Below, piece by piece: positions 9,120 through 19,647 of a stretch of DNA of 64,000 bases. Positions within the stretch are counted from its first letter, which is position 1. Every line of letters starts with the position of its first letter. Made by a program: the position numbers and the translations under genes. The DNA is from Alphaproteobacteria bacterium (GTDB taxonomy: Bacteria; Pseudomonadota; Alphaproteobacteria; Rs-D84). Where the stretch lies: assembly GCA_017472065.1 (NCBI GenBank), contig JAFURB010000007.1, positions 64,626-128,625 on the forward strand, given 5' to 3'. The notes under the pieces are model-generated. The model was not told where the DNA came from, did not search any database, and was given only the letters and a program-made list of their open reading frames with translations.

Positions 9120-10679
9120 GTGGGTATGTTTAAAAAACTGGCTATTATTTTCACAGCAGTATTTTGTGTTCTGTTGGCGGTGCCGACAATGTCGCCAAAT
9201 TTAGCACCTTATTTTCCGTCGTGGATTAAACCGGTTCCATTGGGATTGGATCTGAAGGGTGGGGCCCAATTGTTATTGGAAGTTGATACAAACACTATGT
9301 TCCAGGAAAAGGCGGCGCAATTATACGAAGAAACACGCAGTACACTGATTAATCGTGACAAGGGTGTTATTCGTTTTTCAAATCTGCGGAATCATGATGG
9401 GGTGGTGTCTTTTGTTGTGCGCGAAGAAGATCAAGTGTCAGATGCCAAAGGACGGTTGAAAAGTGTGTTTGGGAACACCGTTGATATCGCGTCCAGTGGC
9501 AAAACAATCACTTTGTCTTATTCAGATACACAAAAGGCAGAAATGACCAAAGATGCGTTGGCGCGCAGTATTGAAATTGTTCGTCGTCGTATTGATGCGC
9601 TGGGGACCAAGGAACCATCTATTCAAAGCCAGGGTGGTAAATATATCATGGTTCAATTGCCGGGTGTTGATAATCCAGAACATATTAAACAGTTGATTGG
9701 TCAGACGGCCAAGATGACATTTCATTTGGTAAATGAAAATGTGTCGCCTGAACAAATTGCATCAGGGCGTGCGCCAAATGGTACAGAATTTTTACCATAT
9801 ATGGACGCATCTGGTCAGGTTGTGCCAGTGTATTCCCGTGTCGAAGTGTCGGGTGAATCATTAAAAGATTCCCAGGCGGATTATGACCAAAATAATATGC
9901 CGGTTGTGACAACTGTGTTCGATGCCACAGGTGCGCGTAAGTTTGCGCGTTTGACAACAGAACATGTTAACGAACGGTTTGCAATTGTTTTGGACGGTCG
10001 TGTGTTGTCTGCGCCGACAATTCGTGAACCAATTCCGGGTGGCCGTGGTCAGATTTCGGGTGGTTTTTCATTACAGGGTGCAAAGGATTTGGCGGTGTTA
10101 TTGCGTTCGGGTGCATTGCCGGCGCCATTGACAGTTATCGAAGAACGCACCGTTGGTGCAGGATTGGGGGCCGATACAATTGAACGCGGTAAAATTGGCG
10201 CGATTGTTGGGGTATTGTTTATCTTTATATTCCTTATCTTTACATATCGTATGTTTGGTGTGTTGGCCAGTGCGACATTGATTGTCAACCTGGGGATGAT
10301 TGTTGGGTTGACCGCGCTGTTTGGGGCAACACTGACATTGCCAGGTATCGCAGGTATCGTTTTGACATTGGGTATGGCGGTTGACGCAAATATATTGCCG
10401 TTTGAACGAATCCGTGACGAAGTTAGGGCCGGTGTCCCAACACTGCGTGCGGTAAATATGGGATTTGATCGTTCGTTAAAGACGGTCTTGGACGGGAATT
10501 TAACAACGCTTATTTGTGGTTTGGTGTTGTTCCAATTCGGTGCCGGTCCAATCCGTGGATTTGCAGTAACTTTATCAATCGGTATTTTGACAACACTGTT
10601 TACATGTGTGTGGTTTGCCAAGGTTCTGATTGACTGGTACATGAACGGCAAAAATAAAAAGATTGGTTTTGTTAAATAA
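9120..10679 (+). CDS. secD: protein translocase subunit SecD
   Basis: 519 aa with a large periplasmic loop and a C-terminal 5-TM block (AGIAGIVLTLGMAVDANIL). An alternative ATG lies at 9126. Confidence 0.95.
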   Translation: MGMFKKLAIIFTAVFCVLLAVPTMSPNLAPYFPSWIKPVPLGLDLKGGAQLLLEVDTNTMFQEKAAQLYEETRSTLINRDKGVIRFSNLRNHDGVVSFVVREEDQVSDAKGRLKSVFGNTVDIASSGKTITLSYSDTQKAEMTKDALARSIEIVRRRIDALGTKEPSIQSQGGKYIMVQLPGVDNPEHIKQLIGQTAKMTFHLVNENVSPEQIASGRAPNGTEFLPYMDASGQVVPVYSRVEVSGESLKDSQADYDQNNMPVVTTVFDATGARKFARLTTEHVNERFAIVLDGRVLSAPTIREPIPGGRGQISGGFSLQGAKDLAVLLRSGALPAPLTVIEERTVGAGLGADTIERGKIGAIVGVLFIFIFLIFTYRMFGVLASATLIVNLGMIVGLTALFGATLTLPGIAGIVLTLGMAVDANILPFERIRDEVRAGVPTLRAVNMGFDRSLKTVLDGNLTTLICGLVLFQFGAGPIRGFAVTLSIGILTTLFTCVWFAKVLIDWYMNGKNKKIGFVK

Positions 10680-10682
10680 TAA

Positions 10683-11564
10683 ATGCAAAGGGGAAATGTT
10701 ATGAAACTGCATTTTATGAAATATCGTAAGTTATCGTATATTATTTCGGGGGCACTGTTGCTGATATCTGTGTTGTCGATAATGATACGCGGATTTAATT
10801 ATGGCATCGACTTTTCTGGTGGTATTTCGATGGAGGTTACACCAGTCGTCGAAAACATGACAATTGACAAGATGCGTTCTGAATTATCTGAATTTAATCC
10901 GGAATTGCAACAGATTGACGGTAATGCGATTTTGATTCGTGTCGGTCTGCCCAAAGGGGTGACAGATACAGAACAAAATCAACGCGTGACCGAAATTAAA
11001 AATATTCTGGGTGACAGTGTACAATATTCCCAGGTCCAAATCGTTGGGCCAAAAATTGGGGGCGAATTGGTGCGCGGTGGTATTCTGGCAATTCTGTTCG
11101 CGTTCTTGATGATGGCGGTTTATGTCTGGGTGCGCTATCGCGGGGGGTATGCCGTTGGGGCATTGGTGTCGCTGTTCTTGGACTTTGTATTGATGTTTGG
11201 ATTCTTTTCAATTACGGGGCTGGAATTTAATCAGACGGCAATCGCAGTTATTTTGACGGGTATTGGGTATTCTATTAATGACAAGGTTGTAAACTATGAC
11301 CGTATCGAAGAAAATATTAATAAATATCACAAGATGCCGTTGCCAGAACTGGTTGATTTGTCGATTAATGAAATGTTCCGTCGTACAATGATGACCAGTG
11401 TATCAACATTGTTGGCGATGTTGGGATTGTTCTTGTTCAGTGGCGAAGTGCTGCGCGAATTTGCAATCGCAATGACATTTAGTATCATTATGGGAACATT
11501 TACAAGTATTTATATCTCGAACGTGGTGTTGTTGAATTTTGACCTGCGTGGGGAAAATAAATAA
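10683..11564 (+). CDS. secF: protein translocase subunit SecF
   Basis: 293 aa containing GIDFSGG and a SecF TM block. An alternative start lies at 10701 (MKLHFMKYRK). Confidence 0.9.
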   Translation: MQRGNVMKLHFMKYRKLSYIISGALLLISVLSIMIRGFNYGIDFSGGISMEVTPVVENMTIDKMRSELSEFNPELQQIDGNAILIRVGLPKGVTDTEQNQRVTEIKNILGDSVQYSQVQIVGPKIGGELVRGGILAILFAFLMMAVYVWVRYRGGYAVGALVSLFLDFVLMFGFFSITGLEFNQTAIAVILTGIGYSINDKVVNYDRIEENINKYHKMPLPELVDLSINEMFRRTMMTSVSTLLAMLGLFLFSGEVLREFAIAMTFSIIMGTFTSIYISNVVLLNFDLRGENK

Positions 11565-11605
11565 GAATTCTTATGCGCGTGTAATACCGTCGGCCAAGGG
11601 GGAAA

Positions 11606-13114
11606 ATGATGAGAATGCTGAACAAAATCATGGTAATGTTTATGTCATTATTTGTGATTGGTACTGCACGCGCAGATGGTTTGTTCTTTCCTGATGAACC
11701 GGTTCAAGACGGTATTCAGGTGTTTGAAGTATCTAAAATATTTGCTGAAATTTATGAAAAACTGGATAATGTGAACTGGGCCGGCAAGGATATAAATATT
11801 GCAATTGAAAGTTTGGAAAACCTGAACAAAGATGCACATATTGCGGCGACGGATGAACGGGTCGTATTGGTGTGGGGTGATAAAATTATTGCAAATTATC
11901 CACGGCCTGAAAAACATGATTGGAACGGTTTTGGTGAAATTACAACGGCGTTGGTGTTGCGTATGCGGGCAATGGATGAAAATCTGCGCGCATTATCTGA
12001 AAGTCAATTGTACCAGGCGGTTATTTCTGCATTAATGCGTGGTATTGATGAAAACGGTCGATATGTTTATTCGCGTGCGGCCGAAATTACCGAAGACGGT
12101 CGTTTGTTGACTAGTGTTGGGCTGGAAGGAATGCGGGATGCGCGTGGGAATTTCCGTATCGCAGGTATTTTCAAAGATGGACCAGCTGATATTGCAGGTA
12201 TTCGGGCCGGTGATTTAATTTCACAGATAAATGGTGTGGCCGTGGCAAAAATGACCGATGCCCAGGTGGCGGCGGCATTGTCTGGATTTAATTCTGGTAC
12301 ATCCAAGATTCATGTCTTGGGGCCGGATGGGGCACGTGATGTTGTGCTGCGCCGTGCAACGGTTATTGTGGCGGATTCAGATGTTATTCATCGTTCGGCG
12401 GATAATGGTGGAATACTGGAAATAGTGGTTCATCGTGTGTCTGATAATGCGGTTGCAATTATTAACGAGGCGTTGGCCCGTTATCCAGATGTATCGGGAA
12501 TCGTACTGGATTTGCGCGCATCGACGGGTGATGATGAACGCGCCGCGGCAAAGTTGGCAGGGCTGTTTATCGGGGCGCAGCCCGTGATGCGTATCGCAGA
12601 AACATCCATGGACGAAGTAGAAGTTGTTCCCGGTGGCAGTGCCGTGACAGATGTGCCGATGGTTGTTTTGATGTCTAATATGACACGCGGCACCGCAGAG
12701 GCAATTGTGGCATCAATGTATGATAATGCGCGTGGCGTATTGGTTGGTACGCCGACGGCGGGTAATGCGCGTATTGCATCGCGGATTAATCTATCAAATG
12801 GTGGTGCATTAGAATTGCTGAATAAATCGATTAAGACCGGGGGTGGGCGCGTGCTGGATGGACGCGGGGTTTTCCCGATTGTATGTCTGTCAAATATTCG
12901 CACCAGTCAGCAACAAAATGCTTTTTTCCTGAATGTGTTGAATAATGATTTTAATGCCCAGGACTTTAACAAAGATGACAAGGTTGATGCATCTGTCATC
13001 AGAAAGGGGTGTCCGATTATTATAAATGGTGCCGACGAAGATGCGGTGGCGGCGGCGGTATCTGCCAAAATCTTAACAGATAAAAAAGTATATAATCGAT
13101 TAATTGCAGAATAA
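11606..13114 (+). CDS. S41 (C-terminal processing peptidase)-like protein with PDZ domain; catalytic dyad apparently not conserved
   Basis: 502 aa with a signal peptide and a PDZ domain (GIFKDGPADIAGIRAGDLISQINGV). The S41 core is recognisable, but the GSASASE box reads RGTAEAI and the TFGKG box reads TAGNA. Confidence 0.65.
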   Translation: MMRMLNKIMVMFMSLFVIGTARADGLFFPDEPVQDGIQVFEVSKIFAEIYEKLDNVNWAGKDINIAIESLENLNKDAHIAATDERVVLVWGDKIIANYPRPEKHDWNGFGEITTALVLRMRAMDENLRALSESQLYQAVISALMRGIDENGRYVYSRAAEITEDGRLLTSVGLEGMRDARGNFRIAGIFKDGPADIAGIRAGDLISQINGVAVAKMTDAQVAAALSGFNSGTSKIHVLGPDGARDVVLRRATVIVADSDVIHRSADNGGILEIVVHRVSDNAVAIINEALARYPDVSGIVLDLRASTGDDERAAAKLAGLFIGAQPVMRIAETSMDEVEVVPGGSAVTDVPMVVLMSNMTRGTAEAIVASMYDNARGVLVGTPTAGNARIASRINLSNGGALELLNKSIKTGGGRVLDGRGVFPIVCLSNIRTSQQQNAFFLNVLNNDFNAQDFNKDDKVDASVIRKGCPIIINGADEDAVAAAVSAKILTDKKVYNRLIAE

Positions 13115-13126
13115 AAAAGCCCGGGG

Positions 13127-13828
13127 GTGTGGAATATGTTTTTGACGGCTGATAATCAAATTAAATGGAAACGCATGGGGTGGGGTGCAGTTGTGACGGC
13201 TATGCTGGTCGTGCTGGGGATGTGTGTTGTGGATGTGCCAATCTATGTGTTTGCAACGCGTATTGCAGGATGGAAATTGTGGGAAATTTTGGGCAGTGTT
13301 TTTGATGCCAAGGTTTGGATTGTTGTTACGACCATTATTATGGCGGTTTATGGGGTAAAAAGATTAGTGAAAACAATTCAATCAGTTCGTGATAAGAGAA
13401 TTCAGTTCAAGTTTATCGATATTTTCAAAGAAACATGGGTAAAAACAAGGACTAGTCATGCGTTTTTGATATTTAGTAGCATCTTTTGTGCATCGGCCGT
13501 TGTGTGGGTGTTAAAGGTGCTGATTGCGCGTTTGCGACCGGTTTTTGTTATGTCTGGTATCGTGCCAGAATTTAATCGGTTTTCATGGGCGTGGCATTCG
13601 ATGCCATCGGGACATACGACGGTGACATTTGCGGGGTTAATTATGATTGGTATGTTGGCACCAAAATATAAACCGTTGACATGGACATTGGCGATTGTTG
13701 TCGGGGTGTCGCGTGTTTGTGTTGGGATGCATTGGCCATCAGATGTGATTTTGGGGGCATTTATCGGTATGGTGTTGGCCGATATTGTAAAGTGGTTTAT
13801 GCTAAATAAATTGTCCAAGGGTGTATAG
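13127..13828 (+). CDS. PAP2-family phosphatase (membrane)
   Basis: 233 aa with the PAP2 motifs KVLIARLRP, PSGHT and SRVCVGMHWPSD. It is a multi-TM protein. Confidence 0.8.
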   Translation: MWNMFLTADNQIKWKRMGWGAVVTAMLVVLGMCVVDVPIYVFATRIAGWKLWEILGSVFDAKVWIVVTTIIMAVYGVKRLVKTIQSVRDKRIQFKFIDIFKETWVKTRTSHAFLIFSSIFCASAVVWVLKVLIARLRPVFVMSGIVPEFNRFSWAWHSMPSGHTTVTFAGLIMIGMLAPKYKPLTWTLAIVVGVSRVCVGMHWPSDVILGAFIGMVLADIVKWFMLNKLSKGV

Positions 13829-13850
13829 CCTATATACATATAAATAAAAT

Positions 13851-13883
13851 AGGGGCAATAATATTTATTGCCCCTGTTTTTTT
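13851..13883 (+). terminator. intrinsic terminator
   Basis: aggggcaataatatttattgcccct is followed by gttttttt. Confidence 0.7.
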
Positions 13884-13901
13884 ACCAAATTTTATGATAA
13901 A

Positions 13902-16169
13902 ATGCATCACATGAGCAATAATTCAAGATTTTTGCCCGAACGTATGTCTGGGGCATTGAAAAGTATGGCCATGCGCCTATTTGGCGCAGGGGTTTTGTTG
14001 TTGGGCGTTTGTTTGGTGTGGTCGTTGTTTTTCCATAATCCATACCTGGATGGATTTGCCGCCGCAGGAACATTTGGTTCGCAATCATGGTTGGGGCAGA
14101 TTGTGGGATTCTTGCGTTATGGTATTGGATTTGTGCCGACACTGTTTGTGTTTTTATGTATGATACGCGGTGGGTTGGCATTAATGATAAACTGGTCCGA
14201 TGATGTGACACCGGAATATAATATTTTGCGCGGTTTTATTGCGACATTTGTTGGGGCGGCGGCCTTTGGTCTGGTTATGCCGGGGGCAACATTTGGTGGT
14301 TTGGCCGGGGCAATTGTGGCAAATGATTTAGGTATGTTGATTGGTTCGTGGTCTGTGTTAGTGGGTGTGGTATTTATTGCTATATTCATTATAATGGCGG
14401 CCAAATTATTACATATTAAGTGGACGCATGTTCGTGCAATTGCAACACGCGCTTGGCATGCTGTGCGATGGGTGTTGGCCGCATTTCATATGGGCGGTGG
14501 GACATACGCGCATCAGGCGCGTGCCGATGCAGAACCGGGTGCAGAAGACGAAGAAATTGATGATGCAGAAGATGATGACAATGCCCAAGAAGATACAAAA
14601 AAGCGCGCATCGCGCAGACGCGCGACACGCGCAATCAGTGCGCCTGTTGCGGCGGCGCGGCCTGCAATTGCAATGGGCGATTATCCGTTGCCAGATCCTA
14701 AATTCTTGGAAAAGTCGAATTTTGGTAAATGTGTTGTGACCCCAGAATTAAAGCAAAATGCAAAAAACATGGAAATTCATTTTGCACAATATGGGGTGCA
14801 TGGACATGTTGTTGGAATTAAGCCGGGACCGGTTGTAACACTGTATGAATTTATGCCAGACGAAGGTACCCGTATGACCGATGTAAACAAGACGGTTACC
14901 GATATGGTGCGTGCAATGGCAACCGAAAATATTCGCATCGCGCATATTCCGCGTACACAATTAATTGGTGTGGAAATGGTGAATCTGAACCGTCAAACGG
15001 TGCGGTATCGTGGGCTGATTGATAATCCAGTGTTTACCGAATCTAAATATAAAATCCCATTGGCGTTGGGTGTGGATATTGGTGGAAATCCGATGTATTT
15101 TGATTTGGCAAAAATGCCACATATGCTGATTGCAGGGCGTACGGGGTCTGGTAAGTCTGTGTTTGTGCAATCACTGATTACATCGATTGTTTATCATTTT
15201 ACCCCGGACAAGTGCAAGTTGATGATTATTGACCCCAAGGGGGTGGATTTTGGGTTCTGGGATGAAATTCCGCATCTGATTACACCGATTGTAAAACTGG
15301 ACCCAGCGGCGGCGGTTAATGCGCTGAAATGGGCGGTGCGTGAGATGGAGGAACGTTATAAACAATTACAAGTTCTAAATGCGCGCAATATCGAAAGTTA
15401 TAATGAAATGGCGGCGGAAAAGCGCGCGTCGGGTGAAAAATTAACCAAGCAAGTTGCCGTCGGTACAGACGAAGAAACCGGTGAATTATTATTCGAAACC
15501 CAGGAAATCGATTTGTCTGATATGCCATACATTGTCATTATTATTGACGAGGTGGCAGATTTGATGAGTCTGGCCCGAAAAGAGGTCGAGGCATGTGTTC
15601 AGCGTATCGCACAAAAGGCACGTGCGGCGGGTATCCACCTGGTGATGGCGACCCAGCGACCAGACGCAACTACAATTACCGGCGTTATCAAGGCGAATTT
15701 CCCAACCCGCGTTTCTTTCCAGGCGCGCAGCCGTATCGACAGTACAACATGCCTGGGCGAAGGGGGGGCAGAAAACCTGTTGGCGATGGGTGATATGTTG
15801 TTTAGCGAGGCCGGCCGTATCCCGGTTCGTATCCATGGTGCATTTATTGCCGATGATGAATTGACGAAAATTGGTAATTTCTTGCGTGCACAGGGGGCGC
15901 CTGAATATGCCGCCGGTGTTACCGATGGTGATGAACCAGTGGGCGGGGGCGCGCCTGCGCCATCCGCCGCCGAGGTCAAGGCAGAAAAGAACGCCGACCT
16001 GTATGAACAGGCCAAAGAAGTCGTTATTCGTGATAAAAAACCGACGATTTCATATGTTCAACGCAGATTGGGTGTTGGGTATAACAAGGCCGCCGGCTTT
16101 ATCGAACGGATGGAACAAGAGGGTATTGTCAGCGCCCCCGATGCCAGTGGCAAGCGCCAGGTGCTGTGA
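13902..16169 (+). CDS. ftsK: DNA translocase FtsK
   Basis: 755 aa with N-terminal TM segments and an acidic/basic linker. The motor has Walker A GRTGSGKS and IIIDEVADL. A C-terminal gamma winged-helix is present (ISYVQRRLGVGYNKAAGFIERME). Confidence 0.95.
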   Translation: MHHMSNNSRFLPERMSGALKSMAMRLFGAGVLLLGVCLVWSLFFHNPYLDGFAAAGTFGSQSWLGQIVGFLRYGIGFVPTLFVFLCMIRGGLALMINWSDDVTPEYNILRGFIATFVGAAAFGLVMPGATFGGLAGAIVANDLGMLIGSWSVLVGVVFIAIFIIMAAKLLHIKWTHVRAIATRAWHAVRWVLAAFHMGGGTYAHQARADAEPGAEDEEIDDAEDDDNAQEDTKKRASRRRATRAISAPVAAARPAIAMGDYPLPDPKFLEKSNFGKCVVTPELKQNAKNMEIHFAQYGVHGHVVGIKPGPVVTLYEFMPDEGTRMTDVNKTVTDMVRAMATENIRIAHIPRTQLIGVEMVNLNRQTVRYRGLIDNPVFTESKYKIPLALGVDIGGNPMYFDLAKMPHMLIAGRTGSGKSVFVQSLITSIVYHFTPDKCKLMIIDPKGVDFGFWDEIPHLITPIVKLDPAAAVNALKWAVREMEERYKQLQVLNARNIESYNEMAAEKRASGEKLTKQVAVGTDEETGELLFETQEIDLSDMPYIVIIIDEVADLMSLARKEVEACVQRIAQKARAAGIHLVMATQRPDATTITGVIKANFPTRVSFQARSRIDSTTCLGEGGAENLLAMGDMLFSEAGRIPVRIHGAFIADDELTKIGNFLRAQGAPEYAAGVTDGDEPVGGGAPAPSAAEVKAEKNADLYEQAKEVVIRDKKPTISYVQRRLGVGYNKAAGFIERMEQEGIVSAPDASGKRQVL

Positions 16170-16231
16170 TGCTAAAAATGCTTGGATAGCCGTGGGGTTT
16201 ATGGTATAATCGTGGCAAAAGGAGTTTTATA

Positions 16232-17431
16232 ATGAATAAGGTTTTATCTTGTTTTGCAATGTTGGTGGCGGCGTTTGGTATTGGAACCGCCGGGGCGGCA
16301 ACTAATTTTGGTACACGCGGTGCATCCAGTGCTGATTTAACAAGCGCGCCCGCAACGCGTACACGCGAAAATGTAAACTATCAAAAATATCAGACACGCA
16401 CAACAACACGCACATATAAACAGTCTGATGGTGGGGATTTATACTATGCACAGCCGGCCAAGCGCAGCGATTTGTACAAGCAATATGATGCGGCATCTTC
16501 GTCATCGGCGCGTGCAACAAAGAATACAGTTCGTACAACGCGTTCTGAAAAAGTTGTAACAAAGTTAAATCGTAAATATTATTTGGCACATCCGTTCTTT
16601 CAACCATTGGGTGGAAACTTTGGTTCAATCACAGATTTGTCATATAATCAAAATGGTTTCGATTTCAAATTGCCAGATACATTTGTAGAACCCGGTGGAT
16701 CATGGAAATCTGAAATGTTTTCAATCAAAGAAGATTTTAGTTATGGTATCACGGATCGTGTTGCATTGGTTGTGATGGGACGCTTTGATATGGCAGACTA
16801 TGAATACGATTTTGATGAAACCGATGCAGACAGTAAAATGTCAGATGATGGGTTAAATGTTTATGGTATCGGCGCCCAGTGGCGTATGATTGATAATACA
16901 AAATGGATTGCGACCGCATCTGCGTATTATCAACATCAAAATGATTTTTCAAATAACTTTGTTCTGGATTTGAAAGCAGGGTACAAGGTTGCGCGTTCGA
17001 CAATCTATGGTTTGGCACGCGGGTGGTATCTGGATTTGGATGAAAATTCATATGGTGCAATCGTTCAGGAATCTGGGGGCGATGCGTTCTATATCGCATA
17101 TGATACGGATGCAAGCAGTGCATTGTATGTCGAAGGTGGATTGGGTGTGTTCAGTGTATTAAATGAAGACTGGACATTAAATGTCGAAGGTATCTTTGGT
17201 AACTATGATTGGCATAATCAGGCATCGGTCAAGGCGGCCCTGGGGTGGCAGCCAAATGACTGGTTTGCGTTAAATGTTTATGCAAAAACATCCTTCTTTG
17301 ATAGTGCCGACGATAAAAGTCTGAAAACATATATGTCGACGGTGGGCGGTGCATTGAATTATTATGGTGATTCCAAGATTGATAATTCAAATGAAATGTC
17401 ATTGGGCGCCCAGGTAATATTGCATTTCTAA
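16232..17431 (+). CDS. putative outer-membrane beta-barrel protein
   Basis: 399 aa with a signal peptide (AFGIGTAGAA) and alternating aromatic/polar strands. It ends in a terminal aromatic residue (...QVILHF). Confidence 0.5.
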   Translation: MNKVLSCFAMLVAAFGIGTAGAATNFGTRGASSADLTSAPATRTRENVNYQKYQTRTTTRTYKQSDGGDLYYAQPAKRSDLYKQYDAASSSSARATKNTVRTTRSEKVVTKLNRKYYLAHPFFQPLGGNFGSITDLSYNQNGFDFKLPDTFVEPGGSWKSEMFSIKEDFSYGITDRVALVVMGRFDMADYEYDFDETDADSKMSDDGLNVYGIGAQWRMIDNTKWIATASAYYQHQNDFSNNFVLDLKAGYKVARSTIYGLARGWYLDLDENSYGAIVQESGGDAFYIAYDTDASSALYVEGGLGVFSVLNEDWTLNVEGIFGNYDWHNQASVKAALGWQPNDWFALNVYAKTSFFDSADDKSLKTYMSTVGGALNYYGDSKIDNSNEMSLGAQVILHF

Positions 17432-17443
17432 ATTGTAATAATA

Positions 17444-17470
17444 AAACCGTCCCCAAAAGTGGGGCGGTTT
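17444..17470 (+). terminator. intrinsic terminator
   Basis: aaaccgtccccaaaagtggggcggttt forms a hairpin directly after the stop at 17431. Confidence 0.6.
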
Positions 17471-17502
17471 GCCATTTATAAACCGGAGAGAGGATTTTAA
17501 TC

Positions 17503-18204
17503 ATGCGTAAATTTTTATCTGCGTTTTTGTTTGGTTCGATGTTAATTGGTTCCGCAAATGCAAATGTGTTGGAATTTGATTCGTCTGATCCGTTGTATAT
17601 GCTGAAAACCGAAGAGATTTTATCAGAAACATCTGCATCGTTTGGACGTGATATTTTGCGTTTTGGTGAAACATTGTCATATGGGCTAAATGAAAAATTG
17701 ACTGTTTCGGTCAATGCAAATTACCAGATTGATTTTTCAGGGCATGATGACGGTTTTACCAGCACTGATTTAGGAATCGTTTATCGTGCAGGTGCATCCG
17801 ATACATTTATTTCAGATGTTTTGGCCGGATTCAAAGTAGGGGGCAGTCGCAGTGTTCGAACACCATGGTACGCGGATTCAACATATTATGTTGGGTGGCG
17901 TTTTGGTCGTCAATGGGCGGGGCTGACATTGGCGGGAACAATCCAGTCGAACTGGATTTTTGATGATGCGCGTGGTATGGCGTATATTGATTTCCTGCCC
18001 GAGGCATATTTTAGATTCGATGCTGATTGGCGTTTGGGATTGAATCTGTTATTTAGAAAAGCCACAACCCCATCATATGATGAAGAGTGGATTGGGGCAA
18101 AAGTGGTTCGTCAATTTGGTCGCACGCAATATATTGGTCATATTGATTATGAATTTGAACACGAAGATGTGCAGATTGGCGCGCGCGTCAACATCCTTTT
18201 TTAA
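17503..18204 (+). CDS. putative outer-membrane beta-barrel protein
   Basis: 233 aa with a signal peptide (LIGSANA) and beta-strand periodicity. The C-terminus is ...GARVNILF. Confidence 0.5.
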   Translation: MRKFLSAFLFGSMLIGSANANVLEFDSSDPLYMLKTEEILSETSASFGRDILRFGETLSYGLNEKLTVSVNANYQIDFSGHDDGFTSTDLGIVYRAGASDTFISDVLAGFKVGGSRSVRTPWYADSTYYVGWRFGRQWAGLTLAGTIQSNWIFDDARGMAYIDFLPEAYFRFDADWRLGLNLLFRKATTPSYDEEWIGAKVVRQFGRTQYIGHIDYEFEHEDVQIGARVNILF

Positions 18205-18234
18205 AAAATTAAATATAATAATCTATCTAAAAAC

Positions 18235-18276
18235 AAATCCGGTGGCTCATGTAGCGTTTGTACACTACGCCACCGG
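18235..18276. terminator. bidirectional terminator between convergent genes
   Basis: aaatccggtggc...gccaccggattt forms a stem followed by gttttt. It lies between the stop at 18204 and the rarA stop at 18304. Confidence 0.7.
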
Positions 18277-18303
18277 ATTTGTTTTTATCAAGTGCAAGGG
18301 GTA

Positions 18304-19575
18304 CTATTCATCTGAATTTATTTTCTGGCGCAGGGATTCCCAATAATCCAGGCGCTTTTTTATTTCGCGTTCGAATCCGCGCTCAACGGGATAATAAAAT
18401 TTTTGCCGACCCAGCGATTCCGGGAAACAGTTTTGACCACTGAAACCATTGGCGGTATCGGGGTCATAGATATATCCCGCGTTATAGCCCAAATTTTTCA
18501 TCATTTTTGTTGGTGCGTTCAAAATATTTTTTGGTGGCATTAGTGAACCCGTTTCACGGGCCACGGCGTATGCCGCCTTTTGCGCTTTGTAATTGCCAAT
18601 ACTTTTTGGGGCGGTGCCCAGGTAAATTACCAGTTGTGTCAAGGCCAAGTCACCCTCTGGACTGCCCAATCTTTCATAAGCCTGCCATGCGGCAATCGCC
18701 ATTTGCAATGCGTTTGGATCGGCCAGGCCTACATCTTCGACCGCAAAGCGGGTCAGGCGGCGGAATATGTACATTGGATCCTGGCCGGATGTCATCATAC
18801 GCGCCGTCCAATACAATGCGGCGTCCGTATCACTGGCCCGCAGGGATTTATGCACCGCCGATATCAGGTTGTAATGTTCGTCCCCATTTTTATCAGACAG
18901 TGGTGCGCGCTTTTGAACCGCGTTGTCCAATTCGTCGGGGTTTAAATCATGTTTGAAATTTGCACTAATTAAATATTCAACCGTGTTTAATAAAAAGCGC
19001 GCATCGCCGTCTGCCATCTGGGCCAGGTGTGTTCGTGCGTTTTCATCCAGTGGTAATTTTTTTCCTAAAAATTCTTCGGCGCGTTTTATTAATGTCAATA
19101 AATCTTCGGTGGCCAATGGTTGCAAGACCCCAACATGGCAACGTGACAGTAACGCGTTGTTCAAATTAAAACTGGGGTTTTCGGTGGTTGCGCCCATAAA
19201 TACAACCGTGCCATCTTCGAGATATGGCAACAGGGTATCTTGCTGGGTCTTATTAAATCGATGAATTTCATCAATGAACAGTAATGTGTTGCGACCAATG
19301 TCACGGTTCATACGTGCGGCATCCATTGCCTTTTTTATGTCCGCCGTGCCAGAAAATACCGCCGACATCGGTACAAAATCCATATCGACCGAATTTGCCA
19401 ATGCGCGTGCGATTGTTGTTTTTCCGCATCCGGGCGGCCCCCATAAAATTAAATTTGATAATTTTTTATTATCGACCATACGACGGACCAGGCCGTTTTC
19501 CCCCAGCAATGTTGTTTGACCAACAACATCCGCGATTGTATTAGGGCGCATTAAATCAGCCAGTGGTCGTGTCAT
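18304..19575 (-). CDS. rarA: replication-associated recombination protein A (AAA+ ATPase)
   Basis: 423 aa containing LILWGPPGCGKTT, LFIDEIHRFNK and a MgsA C-terminal domain (HYNLISAVHKSLRASDTDAALYW). Confidence 0.9.
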   Translation of the reverse strand: MTRPLADLMRPNTIADVVGQTTLLGENGLVRRMVDNKKLSNLILWGPPGCGKTTIARALANSVDMDFVPMSAVFSGTADIKKAMDAARMNRDIGRNTLLFIDEIHRFNKTQQDTLLPYLEDGTVVFMGATTENPSFNLNNALLSRCHVGVLQPLATEDLLTLIKRAEEFLGKKLPLDENARTHLAQMADGDARFLLNTVEYLISANFKHDLNPDELDNAVQKRAPLSDKNGDEHYNLISAVHKSLRASDTDAALYWTARMMTSGQDPMYIFRRLTRFAVEDVGLADPNALQMAIAAWQAYERLGSPEGDLALTQLVIYLGTAPKSIGNYKAQKAAYAVARETGSLMPPKNILNAPTKMMKNLGYNAGYIYDPDTANGFSGQNCFPESLGRQKFYYPVERGFEREIKKRLDYWESLRQKINSDE

Positions 19576-19647
19576 GGTTTTACTTCGCTTTTATTTAATG
19601 TTTATTTATGGTATAATTATTTTATTAAAAAACATAGGGGTTGGCAA

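Noticed and set aside
10049-10651. 200-aa minus-strand ORF antisense to secD.
   Set aside because: It is a shadow ORF opposite a confident CDS.
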